The notes under the pieces: generated by a model
What the model saw: the letters and a program-made list of their open reading frames with translations, nothing else
What the model was told of the DNA's origin: nothing
Databases searched by the model: none
Source of the DNA: Chrysomallon squamiferum
Lineage: Eukaryota > Animalia > Mollusca
Direction: 5' to 3'
Assembly (NCBI GenBank): GCA_012295275.1
Contig: CM022674.1
Span: 5,146,001-5,210,000 of the forward strand
Length of the DNA stretch: 64,000 bases
Shown here: piece by piece, positions 12,673 to 39,098 of the stretch
Layout of the letters: each line of letters begins with the position of its first letter
Position numbering within the stretch: the first letter of the stretch is position 1
Program-made: the position numbers and the translations under genes

Positions 12673-14769
12673 GACTCTGCTCTAAACTAAATTAAAAATT
12701 CTGTTTTATTTCTTCTACAGGCAGGAAATACTTTTTATTAAATTATTATTATTATTATTCTCTTGTGAAAACACACAGCACAGTATTTGATAAATCATTT
12801 ATGAGACACTGTTTGGAACAGGACACATTCCATTATTAACCCTAAAGAGAACTGACCCTAGAAACCATTACTCAGCTTTTAAATTTGTATGATTTTGTAA
12901 AAACAAAATTCCCAGTATGACTACAAATCAAAAAAAAAAAAAATAATAATAATAATAATAATAATAAAAGAAAGATAAAAAAAAAATATATATATATATA
13001 AATATATAAACTTGGTATCTCTTAACAGGTAGAAACTTGTTAGCCTAATCCCATTTTTTAGTTATCAAATATATTTGTGTGTGTATGTGTGTATATGTAT
13101 GATTTCAAAGAAATTATGTTAAGTATAGTAGTCTTTAAATCATAAATCTTTTTTAATTATATCACTTTATTTTCCTCGTCATTAAAAAAAAAAAAAAAAA
13201 AAAATGTTGAGGTTTTATTTTTTGTTTAAACATTTAACATACTGTCCTGTGTATGAACTGGTAACTGATGCCAGTATCTGTATTAAAAAACTAATATGAC
13301 ACCAGGTTAGTTCACACTCATTCATCCTTTTTATAATAATGTATGACCAACATTAAAAACTGCAATAATTCAAATACTTCTTTATCGTTTTTATTTTATC
13401 TGTTTTAAAACTAATCATTTCTCGATATCTTTTTATCATTATCCTGCCGTTTTTATTTTTATTATTATTTTTTTTCTTCTTTTTTTTTCTCATGAAATAT
13501 AAAGAAAGATATACTGTTTTTGCATTGGATTTTTGAAACCATATTTTATTATTATTTTTTGTTGTTTTCTTTTTTTTTTTTTTTTGTTGTTGTTGTTGTT
13601 ATTGTTCTTTGACAGCATGTCAAAACTGGGCTAAGATTTCGTATTATTTTCCTTTCACATGAAAGGTACATATTAATGCATTTGTACTTGAATCAATGAA
13701 AGTTCACAATAAATTTAAAGACTGAAAAGCAGAGAGAGAGAAAAAAAAAAAAAAATGCATTTAAAAAAAAACCCCCAAAACAGTATATATTCATTTGAAA
13801 ATAATTTCAATATATATATATATAATTTTTAAACAGGTACCAGTGATGCAAAACAGAGTGTGTTGTGTGAATGTAAAATATTAAGCAATAAAATGCTAAT
13901 TGTTATTTTTAATTAACTCCATTACATCACAGGGTTAGATAACTCTAACTACTATTTTCCTTATCACTCTAATCTTTTACCATCTGTGCAGTTTTAAACA
14001 AATAGCATTCATAAAGTGACAATTAACTTTTCTTTATATCTATCTTTTTCTTTCATTTTTCTTTTAGTTATTATTAACTTCTTTTGTTCAAACAGAATGT
14101 TTTGGTTTTATTCTATTTATTATTATTTCTTTCCCTTTTTTTTCAGATATATTTTAAGGTAACCATTTTTTTTATTTTTCTTTTTTTTTTTTTTTTTTTT
14201 TTTTTTCAATACTGTTTTATATATATATTGTATTAGGTCTCACTTACCTAAATGACAAAGAGAGTTAATGTACTTTTCATTTTTATTTTTTTTTATTTTT
14301 TTTTTATCATTTTATATCCAAATGATGATAATAATAAAAAATATGAAACTGTAATCACAGAAAAAAAAAAAAAGATCATCTGCTTTGAAACTATTTACAA
14401 AAAAAAAAAAAAAAAAAAATTAAAGAAGGAAAAAGCAACACATAAATAAATAAAAATAAATAAATAATAATAATAAAAATTAAAATTAAAAAATAATAAT
14501 AAAATAAAAAAAGAACAAGAAGAAAAAGCAATAAAATGTACCAGAACAAATGACTGGAGTACACTGTAAAGGAAGATAACTCTAGTGTCACCAGCACTAT
14601 CTCAACACATTACTTCCAGTGGTAAAAACTGAAGTGCACAGCCACCAACAGCAATGTTTGAATCACTGTTTGTTACAATGTATCAGCAACATTAAACTGT
14701 GCTCATAAATAATAGCATACTCTCTCCTCTCTCCATGTTTGTATTCACATACATACATATGCATGTTTG

Positions 14770-14865
14770 TACACACACACACACACACACACACGTATAT
14801 AGATATATATAAATGTACATACATACATATATACACTTATACATACACACACATATATATATATG

Positions 14866-14943
<78 letters not shown>

Positions 14944-14982
14944 TATACATATATATATATATATACACACAGACACACATAT
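14770..14982. repeat. (CA)n/(TA)n compound microsatellite
   Basis: Direct reading. Confidence 0.95.
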
Positions 14983-16073
14983 ATAATTATACATAATTTT
15001 CACACAATTATAAACTCAAAAACAGTCCCACAGTGTAAATACTGAAAGCTTCAAATAATACTCCAACAATTTCAACATTAGTTATCTCAGAAATGCAGTT
15101 CCATGGGTTAGACCAAAACAGTTCTAAGTCCTTCAAATCAGACTTACATCGACATCATAAACAATTTTCTACAGTTTAAACCAGGCAAGGGCAACCAACC
15201 TTCCTTGAGAAGCAGTCCATTTCAGGAGTGGCTAATAATGACAGAGGTCATGCCACTAAAGAAAACAATAAAAATAAACAACATTTTATTTTGTTGTTAA
15301 AAAAAAAAGTCTTGCCTCAGTTTGTGTCTGACTGGGTTTAAGTTACGTTCATTCTAAGCACTACGAATAAAGCTTGTTAATTCGTACACAGACTTTATTT
15401 TGAAGACAACATAAACGTGTTTTATACTCTTCATGATTTATTATGCCAACACACATATTTATTCTTTTAAGATTCTTTTACAAAATATAGCTAATGTTAT
15501 TTTATTATAACTTTTTTTTTTTTCACACAAGATGTCCAATACAATTGTGGTTTGATTAGCTACACTGAAAACAGATTTAAAAAATAATAATTATAATATT
15601 GTTCAGGTAACCTGTGATGGATTTTACCTTTGTTATTTAAAAACAAAAAATTATTAAAAAGAAGAAGAAGAAGAAGAATTAAGAATACATACAAAATATT
15701 TATAAATTTCTTATATCTAAATTTGGTGGTAAGAACAGTCAAAATACATGCATACACTTCCTAAACTTTTATTAAAGTCTACATACTCAACTATTCCAAA
15801 TGATATTTATTTTCATTTTTATTTTGTTTCTTCTTTTAAACTGTGAATATGATGTGAACTTTCACAAGAAATGCATTTTGTATATGCTTACAAGAGATAA
15901 TTTTATTTCTTCCTGAAATCCAATCTTTACTAAGAATAAATTCTGATGGTTCTACAAATCTGTTACAATCCACTGTGATTAACCATACAAGGATCAGTGT
16001 TTCCTAATAATAAATTCTGATGTAAAAAAAGAGTTATACCCTTAGTGAGTAAGCTGTTACTTTATTGGCTTTT

Positions 16074-16111
<38 letters not shown>

Positions 16112-17154
16112 TAAGATTGGCTTTCTCTAATAATAAATTCTGATGCCATAACAAATCAGTCACAATTCCTAGCTGTCACTTTACTTTAATAAAACATTCG
16201 ACATCACTTATGGTGGCCATCATTTTCCTTTATTAAAGGTGATCAGCCTTTCCTAACAATAAATTCTGACTATATTATTATCGTATGCAGACACTGTCTT
16301 CCAAATACTCTATACTTTTAACACACACCACCACACTGTTAATTTTTTCACCGACTGCATTGTAACTGATGTATCATTAATTACAATAATAAACCAATCA
16401 AAACAGTTTAAGAATTCATCATTTAAAACATGATAGAAACGCAATAATTTCTAACACAACAAAAATAATAATAATAAAAAAAATAGAAATGAAGTGATGT
16501 AATCTGACTGGAACATGTATGCAACAAACTGGCATATTTTGAGAGGTTCAGACAAAGTTTGATAAATACATTCTGGTTACACAAGCAGGGTCCACATAAT
16601 ATGTCTTCTGTCCATTCCATATTAAAAAATGATGCAGATCAATAAATTATGTATATCAATCTTTCTCTTTGACTGATTACAAGAATATTCTTAATGTATA
16701 ACTACACTAAATATATGTCATATTCACTGTGGTTTTTGTTTGTAATTAAATCAGCACTATAAAATATTAATTTGTTTTCTCATTAAATATTTGAAATGCA
16801 AAGACAGCATCTTTTATTCTTTATATAAACTGAAAAGTACTCATTATCCTGAATGATTTATTTTCTAGCTAATTAATAATGAAAAAATATATATTTTTTT
16901 AATGAATATATATATATATATTTTATTCATATTTTTTTTTTTTTTTAATTTACAATGTTATTCAATTCACTTTTCAATAATTTTTCTAACCAATTAAATA
17001 GTTTTAATATTAATATATTTATGTAACTTAATTTTTAAAACATTCCATTAATGAATAAACTGATTTTAAAAGCAACTATTAACCTAGTTTTTTTCTGATT
17101 TCTGGCTGTGTGAAATATGAACTTTTAATGTAATATAGATCTGAAGAAAAAAAA

Positions 17155-17190
<36 letters not shown>

Positions 17191-18655
17191 AATACACTCA
17201 TACAAACAAATATATACAATAATAAAAATGAATTTGGCAAGTGGAACAGAAAAGAAAAAAATTAAAAATTCTGTTTAGCTAATTATATTTGTGAGATGAC
17301 TTTCTAAACCAACAGATAAATAAAAATTTAAAAAAAAACAAAAAAAGAAAGAAAGAAAGAAAAAACAAAATACAAAGCAAATAATAAAAATAAATAAAAA
17401 AGAAAAAAATCAGTGTTTGAGAGAATATAAAATAGTCTATATAAAATAGGGTCATTACATTAATAGCATGAATTCTGTGTATTTGTGTTTGTTTCTATAT
17501 ATATTTTAGTTTTATTATTCTATTCTACCGTTAAACATTTTAGAAACTTATTCCATTAGAAAGTAACTTCTTTGCTAATATATTTAAATATTATATATAT
17601 AGGTAGATAGATAGACAGCTATATCTCTCTTATATATAAACAGACAGACAGACACACACACACACACACACACACACACTGAGATATAGGTAGACAGATA
17701 AATAGATGAACTTTTAACAAAATTATTTATGTTACATCATTACTACATTACTACAAATGAAAGTCAAAAAATCTATATATACTCTTTAGACTTATCTACC
17801 CCTATTTCATACTCAAAAACGTCACCATAGCAACATCCAAGATCACAATGACATAAAAGTATTGTGAGGTTTGGCCACATACATCAACCAGCCATTATAT
17901 TGACTGTCTGATTTTGTGCTAAAATTAAAAACACTGTAGCTAAACAGATTAATAATTTATGATTATTTAAACAGACCACCTCAATTACTGGTTTACCTGT
18001 ATAATACAGCTACTTGTTTTAACCAACAACTTTTTAAAAATATTCTTAAATGTATTATTAATAAAAAAAAATTAACAGACAAAGATATTTATGAACAGAT
18101 GTTTGTAAGCTTTTATAAACCGATTTTATAACAGTGATTTTGTAACAGCAGTAGCAGTATCAAACAAACATCTATAATCATTTTATGTAAAAGCAAAATT
18201 TATTTGTACAGGTAGAGAGAGACAGGAAAAAAGATTACATATCCTGATTCATGTATTACTTGGGGTATACAGTTATCTCGTATAAAAAAAAAAAAATAAT
18301 AATAATTAAAAATAAAAATAAAAATAAAAAAAGTTCCTGTAAAAACATTATATGAGGAGTATTCTTGTAATCAGAAAAAAATAAAAATAAAAAAAAAATC
18401 AAACCTTTCACAAAATAAATGTAATAATGTTATAAAACAGTCAGGTGATAAAAAAATGTTTTATTGACGATTTGTTTGTTATTCAGTCAAAAACAAAAAA
18501 CTGTTTCCTTTTCACAGTGCACTTTGTTTTTTTGTTTTGTTTTGTTTTGTTTACACAGCTAAAATGTGAAAACTACTTGGTCGGAGAAAAGTGGGTAAAA
18601 AAAAATAATAATTATTTTATTATTTTTTTTTTTTTGATCATTTTGAAACTTTTTG

Positions 18656-31204
<12,549 letters not shown>

Positions 31205-31990
31205 TTTCAATATTTCGTTTTACTTTCCTCTTTTTTATCTAGCACCGGTCAAATGTAAGGTAGGAGAAAATCTTCAAAGCGCGATAGATTTCTTAAACAG
31301 TTATTCATAGGATCATTAAAGACATTATGCCATGAAATACTAATTATTTTACAACCCAGAGTGCTGCTGTTCGCGGTTTCAGTCTTCATATGAAATCAAA
31401 GCATAACTTATTTTTTAAAGATTCGTTAATTTTGTCAACAACAAAAAGAACTCTCTTCCAGAGACATCCGACCAATTATTTTTTGTCGTGCTGTAACGAA
31501 AAAAAATGTACTGCAGTATTATTTATTATAAATTGAAGAGGCGACGGAAAATTTCATGATAAACTATACACTTGTAAAATAATTCTTCCTGTACCTCGAT
31601 ATATATATATATCAAAATCAGAAGTTAATAATAATCATCCTTATAATGTTCATTTTATGGTTAAGCACAGAAAAAATTTCTCATTCTAGAACTTTACCAT
31701 TTAGCTTGAAACAATATAAATCTCAAATTAAATATCGGAATAATTTACAATATTTTATATTTAAATTAAAAGTGGAATGTTTTTAAAACTTGTGCATCAT
31801 TTTTTTTTTTTTCTAATACGCATACGTCATTTAATCATTTATGTTTTATAAATCGATGTAGTTTCAATACAGCTCATGAATAGTGGTATGAGATACAAGA
31901 TAATTTGTTTTCTTTTTTCCGTCGCTTTTATTTCCGGTTACGCATGCGCGTCAATCCATTTTCTGGCTGACGGAATTATAAGGCAGAAGC
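31205..31990. promoter_or_regulatory. Probable bidirectional promoter for DNAJC11 and CAMTA
   Basis: Local CpG enrichment; ETS-like ttccgg 31932-31937; NRF1-like acgcatgcgcg 31940-31950; YY1-like ccatttt at 31956-31962 and at 31201-31207 over the DNAJC11 ATG. Confidence 0.7.
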
Positions 31991-32257
31991 GGTGGAAATG
32001 TGGGTTTATTTACTAATAGATTTTTTATTTCACTGAATTTAAAGTTGCATTTATATTCATCTTCTTTAGGAAATTTAAAGTTATTGCAATAGCTATATGC
32101 CAGCGTAATCCATGCTATGGTTTATTTGCATTTTATAAAACAAGTGTCGACTGAATCTGACTCGGAGACTGTAATTGTAAAATTTTCACTAGGCAGTTGG
32201 CATTGCATTTTCTAGAAGCACAGTACTTAACACTAATTAAGAAACTGCACAGCTAAG
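31960..32257 (+). other. CAMTA: Putative non-coding first exon of CAMTA (start approximate)
   Basis: Follows the promoter motifs; donor aag|gtaaca at 32257/32258; next acceptor cccccag at 33727. Confidence 0.5.
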
Positions 32258-33781
32258 GTAACACATATATAAGATTATAAATATATAACATGCTAATATT
32301 GGATATTGTACTAAGTCATATAATTAACGTTCACAATTAAATTCAGTCCTAATAATTCTCTTCTTCAATAATCAACACAACACTTGCCATGTGAAAATCC
32401 AGAAGACAGGAAAGATCGAGGGATATTACTTCTTTTCTTAATTTAATTTTTTTAAATTATTATTATCCAGCCATAGGTACTTAAGATTTATTATGAGATA
32501 TTTTGTTTTTGAAATCATTCTATGAGTATGAATAATAAATTTAGTCAAATATTTAGTAATTGAGATAAATTATTTTTTATTTAAAAGGGTGACATAAAAC
32601 TCTGACCCTGTAACTTTTTGCACTATATAAACATAAACGTCGACATTACTATATATATATATTGGCTATAGAAGATCAAAATAAAATATAACATGGTTAA
32701 AACTAAAAGTGTGTGTTTATATATGTAAATATATATACATACTGGCATGACATTGATTCTCGGCAATTCATTTCAGCATGACAGGACAATAATATTCAGA
32801 AGAAAGCAATTGCTGACAATATTTTGATATTATGTATATGTTATATCTGTAGATTATTACTATTAGTATACCAAATGCATCCTATATTAAATTATTTTAT
32901 AAAATGAATCAGTCAAGCATCAGTTTAATATATTAAAGATAATCTTAACAGTTTTAAACTGATAGTAGAGTGTAGTAAATACAATATGTTAATTATTTAT
33001 AAATATAGTTACAAGGAATTGGTTGATGAATATTACATTTTATTGTAGTTAAAATGTTATACTAATATTCATGAATATTTCTTATAATTATTTCAGATGT
33101 AGTATTGATGTACTGTATAAAATATTGAAATCTGACACTAATGATTTCTGTTTTACTAGGTGTATGTGTATATAGGAGTTTATCAATCTTGGCACAGGTC
33201 AATCTGGTCCAGGCAAAATCATCCAAAATTCAATTTCTCAGTGGGCGAAAGTGCCATACATTTATGTGCAGCAAAGATGCTGTTTAAAATGATTATATCA
33301 AAAATATATCAGAGTATAAATTATTATCATTGTTTTCATCACAAATCAAAAAAAAAAATATCTGTTTTCTTTATTACAAACTAATGTATATAACAGTTAG
33401 ATTTGTTTTGGGATTTTTATGATAAATTGTGGTGCAGTCTTTCTTTTTTTTCCTATTTTAAAAAAACTTACACAAATGTAGGGCAATTTTTCCCCAGCAA
33501 AAATTGAATTTAGGACAACTTCCTACACACATGCACTGCATAGATATATAGTGACTTTTAAGATCTGCAGCGCAGATGTAAAGATTTGGTTTAAATTAAC
33601 AAATTAAACAAAAGTTAATATTTGACCATTTTAGAATTATTATTATTTTAAAATATTATTATTATTATTATTATTATTATAATTATTGTTATTGTTATTG
33701 TTAATAAATTCACATTTGTTCCCCCAGATTGATATGTAAGAAATTGTTATATCTCCCCTGGGGCAGGCTGACCCTCTTACA

Positions 33782-33821
33782 ATGGAAGGGTCGTCCACAG
33801 AAACTCCAGGCAGTATAACAG
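33782..33821 (+). CDS. CAMTA: CAMTA coding exon 1 [13 protein letters not shown]
   Basis: acaATGG context, in-frame upstream stop at 33737, donor cag|gtaatt, phase 1 fits next exon. Confidence 0.75.
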
Positions 33822-36800
33822 GTAATTAATCATTATCATTCTGTGTAATTTAAAAATCAGTATCTGTATTATTACCAGTGTTATGAGCATATTTAGGATA
33901 TCTGTAATGAGGGCTAGTACTGCTTGCTGGGCAGGTAATCTGAAATTACAAATTTGCTGTGTATGCTATGTGCTGAAAGAAGTTTGTTTTTCATTTATTT
34001 ATTTATTAATTTCATTTATTTTATAATTTTTAATTATATAGATAATATATAAAAAAATATATATTATGTCTATGTTAAATGTAATATGTTGTGATGTTTT
34101 GTTTACATGTGCTTTTAATTTTATTTGTTTATATATTTTTTTTTTTTTATTAAGCATTAATACACTTTTAGTGATAATATTTAACAGAACATGTTTAATG
34201 TACATTTTATGTGTATACTAAAGATAATACATATATATATATATATTTTTTATTTCCATTTTTCTGTTTTTAACTTTATTTATTTATTGGTTTGTTTTAT
34301 TTAGTTATAATTTTTTTTTTTTATTATACACATTTATATATTAAACATTAGTAATCTTTTTGTGATAATATGTAAAAAAAAAAATAATGTATATTTTATC
34401 ATTAGTGTGTATACTAAATATATTAAATTTTGTTTTTTGTTTTTAATATGCGTTTAATTTTAATTGTTTATTTATTATTTTATTTATTTATAATTTTTTA
34501 TTGTTTTTTTTGTTTTGTTATTTTTTTTGTTAAAATTTTTGTGTGATAACATGTAACAAAATATATATTATGTGTAAACTAAATGTAATCTATTCTGACA
34601 GAAAACTTGAGGGACACACTACCACCTCAGCTGGCTAACATTCTGCCATGCTCACAAATGCCACTTTCCAGAGAGAGGTGGAACACGAATGAGGTTAGTA
34701 TTTTAAAACTACATTTCTTTCTTTTTATTTATTTTTAAATTTGGTATCTTTCTCCCCCCATCAAAAAAAAAAATTAAAAAAAAATTAAATGTGTACATAA
34801 AAAAGATCCTTACATAGTGAAAGATACCAAACAATTTTTGAGATAATACAAATATTTTATTTTTAAAATAAAACATATTTGTTAAAAACCAAAAATTTAT
34901 ATAATCTCAAAAATTGTTTGGTTTCTTGCACTATTTAAGGATCTTTTTTGTTTTTAAGCTTAAAATAAAAACAAAAGAGGAAATAACAACAACAACAACA
35001 ACAACAATAAAGAAATAAAGAAAAAATAGAATAAAAAAAGAAGAAATAGATACCAGTAAACTGAAAATTTGAAACCACCCCAAAAAACCCCAGATATTAA
35101 ATGAAGTTAATAAATGTAATATTAAAACAAAATCTTTAAAAATTATTTTTTCCTTTTTTTTTAATAATACATTTTTTCCAAATGATTGAAATTAAAATTT
35201 TAAAACGTTGAGACATCTATCCATTTTGTACTAAACTGTTTATTATATAATATTTCTTCAAGTGTCTTCATAAATAAAATAAACTAAAATTAAAAGACAT
35301 TGGTGTTTTTTTTATGATTGCAGGAAATAGCATCGATTCTCATTGCATTTGATGATCATAAAGACTGGCAATGGAGAGAATTAAAAATCAGGTATTTTAA
35401 TATGTAAAAAAAAAATATAATGTATATTTTATCATTAGTGAAACTCGGGGTTAACATTTTGTCCACTAGAAAGAAAACAGTTAATACAAAATCGACTCTG
35501 GTTTTTATAAACATATTAGAATTTTGAAATGAATCTGATTATTAATAACTGAAATGGAGAAGAAATTTACTTTCCATAATGAGTGATTTCTGTTCAAATA
35601 CATTGTGACTATTTGCTGATCAAAATGTTTGAACCATCTGCACGTTATGCATCTGTTATATGACCTAACAATTTAAATATATTTTGTTTATTTCCAAATG
35701 ACTGGTTTTATTTATTTATTTTTTTAAAAATCGACCTTTTGTGTGAATGCTTAATACACTGTATATTCTGTCAAAGAATGGTCTGTATCTATTTATAAGC
35801 ATCCATGTGTCTATGTTTGTGTGATTGCGTCTGCTGTTGATAGATGTATAAGTATGAAATATTAGAAAAAAAAATGCAAAATCATTGTGAAACTTGTTAT
35901 TCTTGGTTACAAGATTTTTAAAATTTTAAAATTTATTAACAAAGGTTGAAGTTCTTGTTAAGCCACCAACCGAATTTAACATCTGCATCATTTCATAACT
36001 GATGTTCCATCCCAACAAACAAGCTTTATTAACCAGATTTGTCTATATAAATATCTATATCTATATATAGTTATTAGAAAACTGGAAATACTGTCGATTT
36101 ATTACATTTAAATGATCTGATAAGCCAGTTATAATTCAGCATATTTAATTTTTGAACCAAATCAATGTAGAATTCACAGTTAAATACATGGGTGGGGAGG
36201 GGAAATCTAGTTATTCCACTGACTGGCTAAGTGGTGATTCGGTTTGACTTTCCATTCCAGACCTCCAAGTGGCTCATTGCTTCTGTACAACAGAAAACAT
36301 GTCCGCTATCGTAAAGACGGCTACTGCTGGAAAAAAAGACGCGATGGAAAGACAATACGAGAAGATCACATGAAGTTGAAAGTACAGGGAATTGAGGTAA
36401 GTAGTGTGTGTGTGGAGGGAGGGAGGGATTGAAAGAGAGAGAGAGAGAGAGGCAGAGGAGAAAACAAATACATTTAAGAGGGAAAAAGTTTGTAATCAAA
36501 ACTTTAGAAATCAGGCAAATATAATTATGATACAGTGCTAAAACAATAAAATGCCACAAAGGAGGAAATTCTAATGTGCTGACATAGAAAGATTTCTTAT
36601 CATTTTGTTATTTTCATTACATTTCACACTATATGTATGTGTGAGAGAGATGAATAATGATAAAACTAATGTTTAAAAAAAAAATTATTTACATTTTTAC
36701 ATAACTGTGTTATAAATGTAAGGGTTTTTTTGTTTGTCTTTTTCAGTTTATTTATGGCTCCTATGTTCACTCAGCCATTTTACCTACATTTCATCGGCGC

Positions 36801-39057
36801 TGTTACTGGCTCTTGCAGGTTAGTTGTGTGGCTTTGAAAAATAATGTTTCAGCTTGTTGAATGCCAGTTTTGTTATTCATGTGCTTTTGATCATGCACTC
36901 GTTGAAAAAAGAATACCCACCACAACTCCCTCGCCCTCCTCAAAAATAAGAACCGTCAACAAAAAGTTTGACCCCAAAATATATATGTAATGAACTTAAA
37001 TTAATGCTTGTTATAGTTGTCATAGAATTTGATAGTTTCAGTTAGTTCTAAGGGACAATATTTCTTATAAATACTGATACGTATGGCAAAATTGAATTGA
37101 GAGTAGTATTAAATTGAAGATTCTTGAAAAAGTCTTCAAATTATAAAAATAACAGCAGTTGAGTATAAATTATATAACCAGTTTCAATTAAACCTCTGTG
37201 AGTGTATATGAACACACATAAACACATACATATATGCATAAATAAATACATGCATACATACATACAGAAATGTTATTTTAAATATTTGTATAGTTTATTA
37301 AGATGTATTTCAACTGAGTGTAAATGAATTTGTTTCTGTGTTGTTTCAGAATCCTGATATAGTTCTTATTCATTACCTGAATGTTCCGTACCTGGACAAA
37401 GCTAAACTGACCATCCCAGTATTGTCCACCTGTGATATGGAGAAGAAAGAGTGGACAAAAGAGGAACTGATTGACCAGTTACGGCCAATGTGTAAGTGGA
37501 CACATTATTATTGACGTATTTTACTTGTGTAACAGCATATAGGTGGATGTAATGATGTTAATAAAATGTTCTGTCTCTAGATGATTTCTGATATGAGACT
37601 TCTTATTTCATAAATATTCATTTCACTTGTATGTCTGTCGCAGTTGATTTAGTATTGCAAGAAATAGTTATTTCTTATTAATGATAGGAATTCAAAGAAT
37701 ACTGTTTCGACTCAGTGGAGCCTAGAGTTATCATTCTTTTCTTTTTTATTTATATTTTTATGTATTGGTAGAAAAGGTGGCAATTTTTTCATATTACCCA
37801 TCTTCAAAAGGGTAGTATTGACAAGGTGTCTAAGTTAAACTTTCATGAATATTTGATTGTGCTAAAAAATGCCATTTGTATTTGTTTGTTGGTGGTAAAA
37901 AGTGGTGTTTTTATTTCTTTATTAGCACTGAAATATAATGTTCATATGTGGCTAAAAAGTGTTGTTTGCTTGAAAAATTGATGCCCGCGGATGATAATAA
38001 TTTATAAATGGCATTTGAGGCAATATTGCAGCATTAAATATTTAGGCAAACAAGGGTGGGTATTTTCTGAATTTCGGGCAAAATGGATCTTGTGGGTGTT
38101 TGTATAATATATCAATGTCTACTGTAAATAGAAGTTAAAAATGATTTTCTGTTGGCAAAGAAAGTAATCTACATAAATATTTGTTTAACTTTTAGATGAT
38201 TTACTTTTTATTTGTCAGTTATAATGTTCAATGTATTAGAAAAAGAAATTTATTTTTGTTGTTCTAGTGTCATCAAGGCCACAAGGAAATCTGCAACTTG
38301 ATCAAAAGCAGGCAGTAAGTTTAAACTCGTATTTCTTTTTCCTATCGTGTGTGTATGTGTATATATTAATCTTGTTTAAATTGTAACTGTTTTGAGTGCA
38401 GTCTGGTTTATTTGTTTAAGTTTGCAGATACATATATAGCTACACAGATTTACAAAATAGATTATATTATTTATTGATTGTTATTTTATAGAGATTTCGG
38501 AGATGTCATTTAAAGTTCTTTTTTTTTTTTAATTGAACAGATTGAGGAATCAATAGAAGCCATAGTTCGACAGCTGATCAACATTCAGGGAAAACAGAAC
38601 AAACCCAAAACGACAAAGACAAATGTGATACGCAGCAAAAATTCCAAGAGTTACAAGTCAGGCGAAGACTCTAATCAAGACTACAATGACAGATGTGTGA
38701 CCAACTTCGCGTCTGATCAGCTCATGTCAGCACTGCAGCGCAGCATGCAGCATCACACACCATCTACGCAGACGTCGGTAGATGCCATTTCAGGACAGAG
38801 TGGTCTCAGTCTGAACTCTTCGTCATTCCCGCCATCGTTGTCGACCACCACCCACGAAATGCAGACCAACACTGCTCTGATACTGAATCTCAGCAACCTC
38901 CAGGGCAGCAACGGCCTCATCATCGTCAGTGGTCAGCAGCATTCATCCTTGTCCATCATCAACACACCTGTGTCCACATCGAACATTGCTTCAACATCTC
39001 TCGGCAATCAGCCAGACTCTTGCAGTCAGTCCCTGCAACAGCAGCAGCAGCAACAGC

Positions 39058-39098
<41 letters not shown>

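Noticed and set aside
3500-14990. Many 60-125 aa ORFs rich in F, I, Y, CV, TH or YI
   Set aside because: Translations of homopolymers and di/trinucleotide microsatellites; no splice or domain support
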